Notes under the pieces: generated by a model | What the model saw: only the letters and a program-made list of their open reading frames with translations | Database searches by the model: none | Told to the model about the DNA's origin: nothing | Assembly (NCBI GenBank): GCA_964035545.1 | Contig: OZ037768.1 | Span: forward strand, 12,060,741 to 12,124,740 | Length of the DNA stretch: 64,000 bases | Source of the DNA: Bugula neritina | Taxonomy: Eukaryota; Animalia; Bryozoa | Direction of reading: 5' to 3' | Translations under genes and position numbers: made by a program | Shown here: positions 12,252 through 26,807 of the stretch, one piece after another | Layout of the letters: each line of letters starts with the position of its first letter | Position numbering within the stretch: position 1 is the stretch's first letter

Positions 12252-15200
12252 TTACAAAGTTGTATTGGGTTGAACATCTTCTTCAGGCGGGACAACTACA
12301 ATTTCAATCTCTCCAGGATTGGCTGTTGAAAAGGATCCCTCTGAGTTTGTGTCATTTTCATGTATATCGGTATCTTTTAACTTCTCAAGCCCCATTGCCC
12401 CAGCAGCTGTTAGCTCATAACCCTCTTTATAAGTGCTGGAAACAGTGTGGTTTGTTTTTGAACCATCTGCTTTATCTATTTTCTCCGATTTTGCAACACT
12501 GTGATTAACCTCTCTCGCCTGTAAAAAACCGCTTTCATGAAGTTCATCAGCACAGAACTCATGTTTATGCATTGCTTGCCTGTAAACAGGGAATTTATTT
12601 TGGTAAAATACGAGTACAATTATTGTATCCCAAAAGCAAGACTTACCTCGGAAGTCTTTTTCTGTGTAATTGATCTCTCCACTCGTTTCAGTGCAGACTT
12701 GAGAGGTCTTGTGCTAAGCTTTATGCCACTCAATAACTTATTATGTTTATCACTGACTGTTGAAATTGCTTTACCATCAGTATCTGGGTCACTGATTGAA
12801 CCATCATCAATCTCTGGCGTAATATCATCTGAAGAACACATTGTGTTTGATTGCTAACAGACCACACAAAGCCAACAACTAGATTTATCATGAGCAGAAT
12901 TAGTTTGTTATGTACCTGGAAGTTTCTGTGTTTTGAATGATGCATTAGTGATGGCTGTTTGGTTGAGGCTACTTAGTTTGTGTGCAGGGGTGATGGCTAT
13001 AGAGACGCCCATAGGTCCATCATATGGCTGCCCACTAGGATTATGCTCTAAAGAATTTCTGATTGCATTTGTAATCTGTAATCATAAACAGGTGTCATTC
13101 AAAAAAGGCTAACTTTCTTGTGTAACTTTTGTAAATGCTGTGATTATTTTGTAACATGAAGATGCTGTAAGTATGCATAATGTTGAATTTACAACATATT
13201 ATTCCCATTACATATCATATTATCAAAATATCATGTTAAATTACTATGGCAATGAAACCAACAACATTTAGAAGTAAAGTTATGTGCTCCATGAACTTGA
13301 AACATTCCTAGTAGAAGAATCACAGTACTAAGATATATAATGAATCAATAAAGCTGCTACACCAAAATTTAAAACATAAAAATAATTTCAACACTGAAAG
13401 AATTTATTCTATTACTTTATGCTAAATATTTATGTTTATTCCAGTTGGTTACACATATAGCGGTGAGCAGATACCACAGTTGATGTTTTCTAAAGAACTG
13501 CCATACAAAATGTATGTTTCTCATACATAAAGCATGGTTTAACACTGATTACACATAACAATACATACTAAAATCACACTGGAGTACAGTTCGTAATTGG
13601 CTCTTTGATGAATACACTCCAACACCTGCAGCCCTCTTTCAGGTTGACTGTTGAACCTGCAAGCAAGAAAGCAGCTGCATTTCTCTAACAAGCTGTATAA
13701 CTGTAGATAACTAGTGTGGATTTGCATTTTTAGATCTCAATTATCAGTGGAGCTTTGAAGGCTTATTATAACTAATAAAATGACCAAAATACAGCTCCTC
13801 AAATAATTTCATGGTTTACATATTGGCGAAAAAATAAGAAAATCTTAGACAAAACTTGCGCAGTAAAACTTTTCTCAACTCTCAAGCAATTTTTCGCAAT
13901 TTCGCAAATTTACAATAAAAAAAGTTCGCCAATAGCAGAATTCCTGAATCTGAAATGCTAAAATGTTACTATGCAGCAATACTAGGTCTCTTTCGCTATC
14001 AATGCAAGCAGTTATGTTCATTAATATTACAGTTACTTACATCACAAAGTATATGCCATGCAGCAGCTCACACAGGAACTCTGGACTCGTCGTTATTCTA
14101 GGTCTAGATATTAGATTACTGTCAGAGGGCTGTGATGAATGTGGCAGAAGACTGTGGGCCAAGTACGTCTTAAACCCAGTACAGCAGACTCTACACAACA
14201 CACTTATACAATGAGTACATCTATATTTAGCATTTTCATAATGAAAGATCTTGAGTATAAGAGCTAGCATATAAATCACTGCAAGGAAAGTATCATATCA
14301 TGCAAAAAATGCACAAAATTTTAAAAACCTTAATACACTCAATACCACAGAAATAAAAGTCAATACACAAATATGGCTTTAAAACCAATCATAGTGGAAT
14401 CAACCAAAATTACAGTCACTTAAACACTTTGACTCAAAAGCATACCAGACTTTTAAATTAGTTTAACTAATAGCAAAATATATAGGATGGAGACTGACTT
14501 GATGGAGAGATCACAGAGTGACTGGTGTGAGTGTCCAGAGAGAAGACCAATATCCTTAGTGTAACATCTGATTAAATGACTCATCACTGAGAGTCTGAAA
14601 CAAAACAGTACCACGCTGATGTGTCTATACCATACAATGCATGCCATTGAAATATAACTGAGTTTTAATTCATTGATGTGTGCTACACCTGGAACCACCA
14701 TGTTCGGCACAACATTGCAAGAAGACATATTTTGATGTTGAAAGTCCTGATGGTAAGAGCTTTGTGTAGACTAAGAAATGTGCCTCTCACTATGTTGGTT
14801 ATGTGGTCTAAGATTTGGTCTTGCTAGGTTTAGAATGTTTATAATTATTTTTATGTATTTAATTTTTTCTCTCGTGTAAATATAAATAAAATTAGATGCA
14901 TTTAATAATAAAGCTACTGTAAAGTGCCACCATCCCCTCCTCCTCTCTCACCCCCCCTCATAACTTCAACATGTTGACTATGCATGTCTTCCTCAACCTT
15001 GCTTTTTACCTCAGTATTCTCAATTTTTCTTTCTTTTACAAATTCCCCCTTCATATAAAAACTCTCGCAAGTTTATAGTCATTATCCCTGTAAGAAACCC
15101 TTGATGGAAAGAGTTATTTTTAAAACAAGCTGAGGAATTATATGTATGTGACACAGTAGCAATTATGATAAGAGGCCGTTCCTGACATCACCAATGGCCC

Positions 15201-18200
15201 CATCAGGATTTGAACCCGTGACCTAACATATGCTAGGCCAATGCTCTAGCTACTGAACTATAGTTGATCCCCATCTTTATAATATAAATACTACGTGCAT
15301 AGCATTAGGCCTACTTCACCATAAAGTCTATCAACAGGTTAAAAATATTGCAGAGTCTCAAGCCTTCATCTCCAACAATTGACTTGTCTTTTATGTTAGT
15401 TTGTACAACTGACAAAAAATAAAATAGTGGTTTCTGGTAAATAAAAACACATTACAAATTCACCATAAAAAAAATAGTAAACTGACCTGTTTTTGGCATT
15501 TAATTTTTCTACTTGGGGAAATGGGCCGACAGGAAGTTTTCGCTCTCCAGAATCATATTTGGACAGAACACTCTCAGTCAAGGACTGGGTGGTAATATTA
15601 CCAAACTACAATATATCATTACAATATAGTAAGCCATGTGGAGTCCTACTATAAACGAAGTGACTGGTAAGATGAAGACGACTTACCTCATGATACACGG
15701 AGCTGTTCACAAGGGATGGAATGGTTATATGCTGCACTCCATCTTCTGATTGCAAATTCTAAAAAAAAGAGATTTAAAAGTGAGATATTTTCTGAAAAAT
15801 ATGGTTTTTTTTCTGTATTATATGTTATATGCAAACTAAAATAATGTCAAAATATATTAAAGTAAACTATAGTTATGATCCAACAGTATGTATTTCCATA
15901 CACAGCAGATTACCAACAAGTTATAAAACTCATAAAATGGTTCATACCCCAAGAGAAACCAGTTTGACTAAGAGAAGCTGTAAGCTAAAGCACTGAAGAG
16001 TCAGTGTAACAACTGCTGATATGGAAAACTACACTAGCAGCAGTGCTACCCCAACTCCCCACCACTCCCAAGTCCTTTGTCTACCCTATTTATCCTCAAA
16101 CTTCTTTTCCATGTTCAAAATAAATCCTCGATAATTGAGAGAGATTTTATATTTACAGTTATATGTTAACTCACGGGATTGAAGGTAAGAAGGTTGAGGA
16201 TAAATAAACGCATGCAAAGGGTGAAAATAAAAAGTACTTCCAAAACAATGAAATTTCTTTTCTATCGAATTTAATTGGCACATGCAAGGTAAAAGGGGAT
16301 AAAATAGCAGTTTCATCACAATTATTTGTGGGAGAGAAATGAGTTGAAATAACGAAAAATGATGATAGGGTATCATTTTCAATGAGTAAATATTTTCACT
16401 AATGATACAAACAAGTAATCTTAAAGCATATTGCAACGTGTAATACTATTTGTGCCACATATTACAAATAATGAAAAAACTTATCAGTGCTAACTATTAA
16501 TAGAAATATTTAAATTATTTTATTGCTAAATTTGTTAGGCTTTTTGGGCAATATTGATACTAGTATTTTACTGTAGTAATATTTATTCATGGCATATTAT
16601 TTAGATTTGAGTGGATATATATCATATAATAATAATAAACTGTTGACTCACCAGATTGTAGAGTGTGAGAAGGCATGCCTCTAATCCAGCTAATACCTAT
16701 AACAGTATAATCATTTCCATACACAGTCATGCAGTTAATTTGAGGGCAAACTAGTGATCAAAGGGGTATAAATATCAGCTAATGCAGTACAATATTGTAA
16801 TGTTAACTCTCAGGACCAAAGCTATGATTGGCTTAATTGTAACCCAGTAAAACTATTGGTATAGTTGATCGTTGGTTTGTTCCGAGTTTTGTTATTGTAC
16901 GCAGCATGTGTTGGTTGGTGTTAATGAAACACATGGCATTATGTGGTGTGATTTGTCATTTTATTACTTTGGCAATGGAGCAGCATATGTTTTACATTAG
17001 CTAAACAGCAAGTTCAAATAATCAGAGCTGGGTTAAAGCTGTCTCTAGTCAGCAGTTGACCAAATCAAGAAATGGCTCAAAATAAAATTAAAGCCCTGTA
17101 AGTTATTCATCTCCGCAATCAATAGTGTTGTTCAAATTAACATCAATGTACATTTACTAGAAATTGACATTTAGAAAAAATAAATTGGCACTTCAAATTC
17201 TATATATACGTTTATTGGAACTAAAGAACCAATTAAATACCATGTAGTACTAATATGCGAATAACACATGCAATATCAATATTGAAAATATCTTTGGTTT
17301 TTAAAGAATAAAAAAATATGCAACTATTTTTATTGGTTAAGCAAAAATTATGCCAAATAACTTATTTTACTCTCTCAACTGTCAGTAATGAAGCAATAAC
17401 AAATGCATTGCAGTACAAAAACAAGCAATAGAAAACCATCACCCACCTAAGATATTTGCAGTACCTCAATTTTAGAATTTAAAGCCAGTAATTATTGGGT
17501 GACCTATTCAATTTCAACAGCTCCGACAATAGTTGTATTATCTATCCCAGTTGACTTTCTAACCAATAATAAAACTACTTTGTTGTAAAACAGCAAGAAT
17601 AAAAAAAAACAAATATATAATTATAATGCTTTTTTCTCCGGCACCTCTCTAAAGGAATAGTTACTAAAAGTGAATTTTCATCATACCGATGATGAAAATA
17701 GAGGCATTTAATTGAATTTGCTGTTGCATATGATGAGCATCAAATAGTACTCACAAAGATGAGATACTGAAGAAGTCACACTAAATATGCTTGCAAATAA
17801 AACACCTATAATCTCATATCATATCAGCAACAAGCTACTTATGCTAAGTTTTAACACTGATTATTATAATAGAATAATGTCTCCTGGCTTGACAAATTTT
17901 AAAAAACTACAAATAAGTGCTGACACTTTTAAAATAGCCCAAGGTACCTGCCACTAAAGTATATTTAGATGCTGCATTGCATAAAAATATGATAATACTG
18001 ATACAAGTGTATAACATTTACTAATAGTTTTAATATTTCATAAAGCTGTATTATTAATTTGTAGAAGAATTCTTACAAGCAAGGATGAAGCTACCTGTTA
18101 ATTTTCTCACTTATTGTGACATGCAAGTCTAACTTATTTGAATTATTAATTTCACTTCTAACAACACAATAAATAGTAACATAGTATTAAATATATAAAA

Positions 18201-21200
18201 AAATTGGAAAGCAATAAAGAATATTTATACAAACCAGAGAGTCTTCTGAAAAGCAGCACTACATACTGTTGCTAACTGCTAAGAGAATCAAAATGAAAAA
18301 AATAATACCCACTGCTGTTTACACCCATGTACTGTTTGACCTATGACCTCACACACACTGGCTTCAGGGCTTACAAAGAGGTGTTCAACATACAACATCT
18401 GTTGGCAATTATTTCTATGGAAAAATTATATGGTTGGAATTTATGTTATAAAACTCACAACCACAAAAAAAAACTTATGCAAGTTCCTTAAATAAATTAA
18501 ATCTGTCATCCAAAATCATTGCTATTTGTATATTTTTTTTAATAAACTTATAAAGTATGCATTCAACATGTACCTGTTATACATAAATGAGTCCACAAAA
18601 CTAACTCAAAAAATGAGTTTTTAATAAGCTAAAATGCTAAACAAAACTGTAGTCAGCGTTTTGTAATCAACAACTGATAGATAATGCTATTATAAAATGA
18701 GGGTTGCCCATCATTCACTTTAAATCAGCTGGTTTTTCTGCATTTAAATTTTAAAGTTTAAACCATTTCCAAAAGAAAATAATTACTAGCAACTAGTAAA
18801 AATTATGAGAATAGAGATTATTATTAGCACATAGGATAAGAGTTCACTTTATTTTTACAGATATTACTCATATGACATAAATTTTCCAAATTTTAGGTAA
18901 AAGATTGAACAAGGAAACCAGGAATAGCAAAAATATTAGTCTTAAAAGGCCTACAGCACATTTTTATCACTAAAAGATTTACCGATTTTAACAAACATAA
19001 CGTTGTCTACACTGCAGAGATATAGTTAACAATAAAGAGAGAAAAACAACCAAAGAGGCATCATTTAGGTATTGATCAATCTTGTCTAATGCATTCAAAC
19101 AACAGCACTTCTGTAACATGGCACTTGTTTAGCCGATGTACATATCTCGGTGCAAAGTAAAGCCAGCAAATCTCAAACTCTCTAGTAGTATGAAAAGTAT
19201 TAAGGTGACAGAAGACAGCCAGTAAACTAGATGGTTTAGACCTAGATGGACTAGCTGAACTCACTGAACTAATTAGTAAACAATAGGCTACAGTGATTGT
19301 GATTAGCACTGGGTGTGAGACTTTTTCACAATTCAGTCATCATAAACTGTGTATAAGAACAGTAGCCCATAGTCTAGCTGTACACAACTAAATTGATCAT
19401 TGTTCTCAACTTGCTAAGGAAATCCTAAGGCATGTCCTAGACATATCTATACAGCAACATTCACAGGATCATCAGTACATCTCTGTTTCTTAGCTTATTA
19501 TTATAGATCTGAGAGCCTAAGCCCTGAAGCATTTACTTATTTAACTTAATATTGAACTAAAGTTACTGTGAGAAAATATTTGAATTTATTTAATTATAAC
19601 TTAATTCTTTCAAGTAGCAGTGAAATGAAAAATATCATCAGATAAGCTCAGTCCCTGAAAGATACTTGCAATTGTTTATATAAAAAAGTCATAACATATT
19701 GATAACTTAGTAGACATTCAAAGCAATTTTTTACTAATGTTATGGATTTAAATTAATGATAACAAAAAGCCCAACATACATCCCTTAGAATGGTTCATCT
19801 GTTATAGAGATATACTGCTCTTAAAACAATCTTCATCAAATTGGGAAGTTGCCTGAATATAACTCCACAAAGTGTAACTCAGAAAGCTTTTAGTTCTATT
19901 TTGAAAGAGTTGAATGTGTGAGCAATGTACATTTCCATAGCAGCTCAAAGTTATGGTTGCATTTGTAAACCACCCACTTTGATGTTTTATTTAAAAATTA
20001 CACACCAATGAAAATACATGGGAATAATGTAAATTACTATGACAATGACATAAAATAGGTTGAATGTTATTTGATAATCAATTTTTTTATAAAAACTCAA
20101 TTTTTTAGGTTTTATCATCAAACTTGCAACAACTAAAAACTAATTTGTCAAAAATGCCTCTAGGATTTACTGCAGACAAAAACAGCACTTTCAATTCAAA
20201 ATCTTGCAAAGCAAAAAGATTTACCATCTAAATATCAACATGACATGACAAAGAAGAGATGTTGCATATTGAAAGGCCATTCAACTAATTATTTCCAGCT
20301 CAACATTTGGACAGAGTAAAGGATATTATCCTGATAAAAAACAAAATATAATTTAGAAATATGTGGTAATAAAAAGGGGATAAAATAGTTTGAATCCCTA
20401 AGGCCAGCCATTCACATATAATAGTAAAAACCTGTTGTGTAACTTATAAAAATGATGAAAATGTTGTGAAAAAACAGCTTATAATGAACTGAATTTACCA
20501 GCACTCTTAAGTTGTGTCCCTTATGAACGTTATAGAAATCATAAACAAATAAAACTAAAATCTCTTTTTAGATGCATCCAGAGGTTAAAAGTCTGAAAAT
20601 CAAATGATCTAATTAAGTTGATATTTTAATTTCTACAGAAACATATGGTTTTTCTCCACTGAGACCCTCTCTTACCAGTTTTCATGAACGATTAGTTGAA
20701 AATTCAACAGCAAATACACAAAAATAAATAAAATAAAACTCTGTGCTGTATTGGATGCATTATTGTCGCATAAGTTAATTTCAATAATGATGCTCATGTC
20801 TAAATTATTGAATCTTTTTAAATGAATATATTCTAAGGCATGTACCTAAGACATGTACATAACTGCATCATGCCAAGACTTAGTCACTGTGACTGCTATT
20901 ACCTTCGTACTAGAGGATTGTGTAGTGGATAGATAACTCCATATCAATAGTGGTATAAACTCAAGTACTAAAAGGTGAAGGTTTCTTTTCTTACTTCTGA
21001 ATAGTGTGATCAACTGCTGGCAAACCTCTCCTATTAACTGAAAGCAGAATCAATATTAAATTAATAAACTAAAAGCTTAGAACTCTGGTGTGTCATAATA
21101 ACTTTTCTATACAGCTAGTATATTAAATACCCATTAAAGATCAGCTACATACTGCGTGGCCATAGCATACTAACTCTTGGATATTCACACAATAAAATCA

Positions 21201-22419
21201 TGTTTTAAAAAGATGGTCACTACAAGCAGATGTCATCATAAAACCAAAATCTAAACAATTTTTATAGCAAAGCTAATTATTTTGTTTTAATAGATTTATA
21301 TAATAATCCTGAGGAAGTAGAGACTGTGTAAACTATTAACTATATCAGAAGCAACCAACTGGGACAACTTTCGATGTTAAAAAAGTTAAAAAAAACCCTA
21401 ACATGAATGTCAACGAACAGGTTTAGTTCAGTTCAGCTAAAGTTGTAGCAAATTATTTCCACATAGATAATCACATACTTGATCTTATCTTTTAGTAATT
21501 TTTAGTGTGCGGCATGATGCTTTTTTTCATCACGTTACACTCCTAAATTACTAAAAAATTAGGGAAAGCATAGAAAATCAAGCAAAATTAGAAAAAACCT
21601 GGCTTATTCAGCTGTACTTGTTAATATTTTATCATTTTAATGCAATAAATTATATGCTTTAGCGGCTAAACTGTGAAAAATAGCTAAAAACTAGAGATAT
21701 ATAGTGTGTACTAAATTAAGTAAAATGACCCATATATAATCGTTACTTTTATTGATTAATGACATCGGAGTTACAAATACCTGAGGAGATAACCCCTTCT
21801 TGAACAATTCAAACAGAGAGGTAGAGAGAGACAACAGTTCCTTTTGCTCAGCATCAGCAGCTGCTACATCTAGATTGTTGTTATTTAAAAGAATCTCCTA
21901 AAAAAATGTAAAAAATACAATTTCATATGCCTGTAGAAAATTTAGAAAAAAAACTATTTTACGACCTAAAACACCATACGGTATTACAATATTATATAAA
22001 CGTATAATTTTGTATTATGTGATATTTGTATATAAGTCACAATGCATATTAGAAACCGAATTTTGAGCGTTATAAATTTTGGTTCTAACTATACTTGGTA
22101 ACATAGCTCAAATCCAAGCTAAAAAAAATGTGATTGGGAATTCTACCTGTCACCATTCGCTATGATCTCCAAGAAACCAAGCAAATGATAAGCAAGCTTT
22201 TCATCACATAGGTCATTGGAGGCCTATGAGTGAATATTACTAAAACTTGAAGTTATAACCCTGTATTTCAAACTAAAACGAAAGCTCCATCAACTAACAA
22301 AAAAGGCACACACGAAAAGTATGACACTATAGATACACTCAAATGCTGAAATGCCTTACATTAGTAGTCTTTATCCAATCTTTGAGCTTTTTAGAAATAG
22401 CAGGGTCTTCAGACGCCAT
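12252..22419 (-). CDS. FAM126: Hyccin/FAM126 family protein (PI4KA-TTC7 complex subunit), 12 coding exons, ~496 aa
   Basis: Minus-strand exons: 22419-22360, 21897-21781, 21037-20903, 16696-16652, 15758-15687, 15605-15487, 14594-14499, 14190-14041, 13656-13569, 13075-12916, 12828-12647, 12518-12252 (1491 nt, phases consistent). Motifs VCQQLITLFRS...LEFIPLLIWSYL, LEACLLTLYNL, TIPSLVNSSVYHE, SLTESVL, GPFPQVEKLNAKNR, HQRANYELY and ITNAIRNSL match the hyccin domain. Probable 5' UTR exon ends at the donor near 24926. Confidence 0.92.
15150..15272 (-). mobile_element. tRNA-derived SINE, same family as 30117-30299
   Basis: Minus strand reads GGGGATCAACTATAGTTCAGTAGCTAGAGC...GGGTTCAAATCC...CATTGGTGATGTCAGGAACGGCCTCTTATCATAATTGC: A/B boxes plus the shared core. 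Confidence 0.8.
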
Positions 22420-23617
22420 AACCTCAAAGTCTTCTTTGAAATAGCAAAACAGATTTTATGAAATCTACACCAAAATGCTAGATGACAATGAAGTGCCAAT
22501 ATACTGCTAAGTCTATATATTTTATACATACATATACAAGCAGACGAAACTGACAAAAAACCAGATAAACAAAAACAAAGGTTGTGAAAAATATTTATGG
22601 CAGAACAGTTAGAAAGAATTAAAATGGTTACGGTAAGAATAGTTAGAACAAGTTCAAAGCTATTCAATATTCATACACTGCAGTAACACACAACAACTTA
22701 GTGCAAAATTCAAGCAAGAAATATTAAATTGGCTAAAACTTATTAATAGTTTGATTTCAATAATTATTCAAGTGATAAACGTAACAATCACAATACTGAT
22801 AATTATTAATAAACATCATGCCATGGTAATAACCAATAAATCTAAGGGTATTCTGCCAACTGGCACTTTTATTAATATTCAGTCAATCTTCATAGTATAA
22901 TAAATTGCACTTCAGAAAAAATATATTGCATCATATAGGAGGCAAAAGCATGCTATGATTGCATTATGCATTTTTAGATGGTACGTTTATGATATTTTTG
23001 GGTATGTTTGCCTTCCTACACTAAAATATATTTGTAAAAAGTGCTAGTCTCAGGGTTTTTAATATTAAAAAGTGCAAGATAGCAGATCTTAGATTTAAAT
23101 AGGAATACCAGCCTGAACAGTAGACACATACCTACACAAATCATTGTGGTACTACTGATTTGTATTATGAAATCAAATCATTGTGAAAATGTTTATTTAC
23201 TACAATCAGACCTAAAAAAATAATTAACTGATTTAATTATAGTGACATCTATAGCAACCAGCATGTTTATATTTAAGTTGACACTGATACTCAGAGTCAA
23301 TCCCATAATGCCAATAACAGCCCAATAAAAATAAAAATAAAATCCATAAAATCATAATTAATCATTAAACTATAAACATATAACAATAATATAAATCTAA
23401 TCATTGCTGTAAATACTACTAACTTAAATTTGAAACTTCAACTTTAAACTAATTTAATTAATGTTGACCTCCAAGTTGAAGTTGCAGAAGATAAAAATAA
23501 CCATGCCCAAAATCAGTACAAGCATGACCACAATAGTAATTTACTACTACTTATTATATTTGTTGAGCAGTTATTAAACATTATTTATAGTAACACTAGT
23601 ATAATATTTTGGATATT

Positions 23618-23740
23618 AGAGAGCAGCTATATCTTAGTGGTTAGAGAGAAGGCTTACTGTAGTACTGTGACACAGTCCAGGTCATTAGTGATGCTAGAAA
23701 GAGCATTGCATCATAATTGCACTTGTGCCTCAGTAAAAAG
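23618..23740 (+). mobile_element. Degenerate copy of the same tRNA-derived SINE family
   Basis: GAGCAGCTATATCTTAGTGGTTAGAG head and GGTCATTAGTGATGCTAGAAAGAGCATTGCATCATAATTGCACTTGTGCCTCA core align by eye with the 30117 copy. The B box is lost. Confidence 0.65.
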
Positions 23741-24926
23741 CCCTGTGCTAGTATGGTAAAGAGCACAGTTTTTCGCCTGCTTAAAAACCCTCTGTAATTG
23801 AAGTTCACACAGGTATGGGGATTTTAAAGTTTAAACTAAAGGAATTTTAGAGTATCATACAATTTTATAATATGAAAGTTTTGTATAACATTGATATGTT
23901 GTTGATAGACATTTTAAATCATTTACTATAATTAATCACAATGATATTGCTAATGGCAATACATGGAAATATTATGATTCAATGTAATATAGAGCAATGC
24001 TCTTATAGCAATATTGATAGAAAATTACTACTATAAATAAATACAGTGCTAAATCAAATACCTAAGTCTACAAATTGTAATACAATTCAAGTTTAATATT
24101 ATTAATGTAATAGTAAAACTAATTGTGGTGTCAGTTGCTTTGAAAAATAGATAAAAATATGAATGCTATAGGAACAGCCATGGCTTGCATAGATCAAACG
24201 CATAGGATAGTGCTAGGAATAACTGTCATCAGTATATCTACAATCCTTACAGTTATAAGGAAAGTGATAGGTTATAATAATCATTATCCTTATAATTATG
24301 ACAAGCACTATAGCCATAGGTATCATAGCATTATTATTATCACTATAAGTAGAAGTATAATAAGGCACTGCGAGTATCACTATCACCAGGAAATTAGTAA
24401 TACCTAATCTTATACCATATTAGTATTATATACTTATAGTTATAAATATATGGGATCATTACGCATGTCAATATAATGATGTATATAACCATCGTTTTAA
24501 CAATCACTATGTTAATGTATATCACTATGACTATGAGCATGAGCATTAAATTTAATGATTAAATTTAATATCACTATCACAGTATGAGTATCAGTAAAAC
24601 TAAATGTAATCAGCATTTATCAATTTATATTAATCATTGATAAATTCAATATCAATATGATTATATAATAATATAATTATATACATCTCTACCAATCACA
24701 TTTTGAATTAGTTTCACTAAAAGTGATTTACTGGAGTCAGTAAGTGTAACTGCAATTGAGGGATCGATCGCAATTTTATTCAATGAGTCATTGACTCATT
24801 CTGATTCTGATGGCTGCTAAGCCTAATGCCTAAGGCTAATGCCGTGGTACTGCTAATCACCATAATGGTGACGATGATAGTCAATAAATCATACATTCAA
24901 CATAAATAGGAATGTAGAAATCTTAC

Positions 24927-25160
24927 AGTTTCACATCTAGTTCATTGTCAACTTTTACATTTATAATCAATTAATATTATCACCAAGTCAAGTTAAACGG
25001 AAGCGGCAGGTTAAACCTTGACATTATTGTTTAGTTTCCGCTCTAACTAATATAAAACGGGACTTTGCAAATGAGCGCTGTAACAAAGTCAACATACATG
25101 CTTTGAGTTACTAAACTATAGCAGTATTGAAATGCCCAGTAGCCGTAGGATATCAACTTC
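24927..25160. promoter_or_regulatory. Probable bidirectional promoter region FAM126 / LETMD1
   Basis: Local CpG enrichment between head-to-head genes, ETS-like CGGAAG at 24998-25003, TATAAAA at 25051, and a minus-strand donor GTAAGA at 24926. Confidence 0.55.
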
Positions 25161-25496
25161 AAGCATTTTCAACCTAATTAGTAATTATTAATTATTGTAT
25201 CAAAGAAAAAAGTTACAACGTTTGCTATTTAGTATCATTTTAATTATATATGCTTTTTTATTAAATTTAATTTTATCATTACCATGTTCTAATAATCATA
25301 ACAAATATTATTATCATCATTTGCCTTTTCAGTTTGCTAAATCATGTTGATATTCATTTTAATTTTAATTTAATTTTATATCATATACATTAAATTTAAT
25401 GATTAAATTTAATTATTAGGAATTAAATTTAATATTATGAATATGATTATCATTATGATTATGTTGGATTTTCATTACGATTATACCATCATAGTC

Positions 25497-26190
25497 AAAT
25501 GGTCAGTTGATTGAAAAATGCCTTTCAACGAAAGTAATTGTAAATGCAAAATCATAGCTTTTGGCAATCGAAATGAAAATTATAGACCTCTGTACAAGCT
25601 AAAAATAGAAGAGGTTGGGGTGGATTGGATGGACGCAACAACAAACCTGGGGGTTGTAATGTAGCCAAGCCTTAAATTTAATCGGCATATGACATTTCAA
25701 AAGGATAAAGCCTCAATAATTCTGGGAGCAATTAAACACATCCTGCATGAGTCCCCTAGAAAAGGTAAACTACTGGCTTACACTAGTTTGTGCCATCCCA
25801 TTCTCGAGTATGTGGACACCATGTGGAATCCAACATTAGCTAAAGACATTGAGTCTCTGAAAATGCTACAACAAAGAAGGTTAAGTTTATTGCTGAGTTA
25901 AGGGGACGGCATAGCATCACTGAGGCATGCTCTCAGCTTGGCCTTCAGCCTCTCAAACAGAAGCGCAGGACTCACCGACTAGATCTTCTCATAAAAACTG
26001 TGCAGGAAGAACAACACTAATTATTGGCAATGGCATACTATAAAATCACAAGAGATCGCCAGAATATGCTAATGACCACTAGGTCTGCTGCTCGAGGCGA
26101 GCTAACATCTATATACGCAAACTGACTGGTATACCATGGTAGTTTCTTACCAAGAACCATTAGACATCAGAGGGAGCCTATAAAACATTA
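25497..26190 (+). mobile_element. 5'-truncated, decayed non-LTR retrotransposon (CR1/L2/Daphne-type ORF2 C-terminal part)
   Basis: ORF 25689-25901 contains KLLAYTSLCHPILEYVDTMWNPTLAKDIESLKMLQQR, typical of the post-RT region (AY.SLVRP.LEY...W.P....I..LE.VQRR). Upstream M.FN...CKI remnant; downstream SFLPRTIR near 26141. Frameshifts and stops present. Confidence 0.85.
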
Positions 26191-26807
26191 ATTAACACAG
26201 TCTCTACCTATCTTGTAGTCAAACAAATTCCACACTGTAAATAAATAAGGCACTTCTATAACCCAAGTGTTTGTTATCTTCAAAGCTATTAATATCAATA
26301 TAAATATATTCTTGAAATTATTATTATGATTTCCAGTTCATTTCCAGTACCAGTGTTTGAAAACTAGCAAGTCTTATTCTAGACTAGTGAATTGTTTGAG
26401 GTTATTTTAAAGTTATTTTATGTTTATCTCTTTGTTTTTTCTGACCATTTATTACCAATGTTTGCTATGCAGTCAATCTCTTTGCATAATAGATATGTTA
26501 TAGAATTTTAAAGATTTATTGCTATTTTACTTTTTTTATATAAATGTTATTGGATAAAATGGAACTTACTTATTGATATCCTCATTAAGCTTTGTACACT
26601 ATCACTATGCCTATGAATGTGTAAAATAGGTATGCCCTTACAATCATTAATCTAGAAGAAAATGTTTCAGAAAAAAAGCATCATCAAGTATTGGTAGGCA
26701 ACAGAACTTATTCATCACCTACTGTTGCTCTACACTCTACAGTATTATACACTTTATTTTCTTCACCTTTCAAATGCTATCATAAAAATGTTGTGTAGAT
26801 GAACAAT

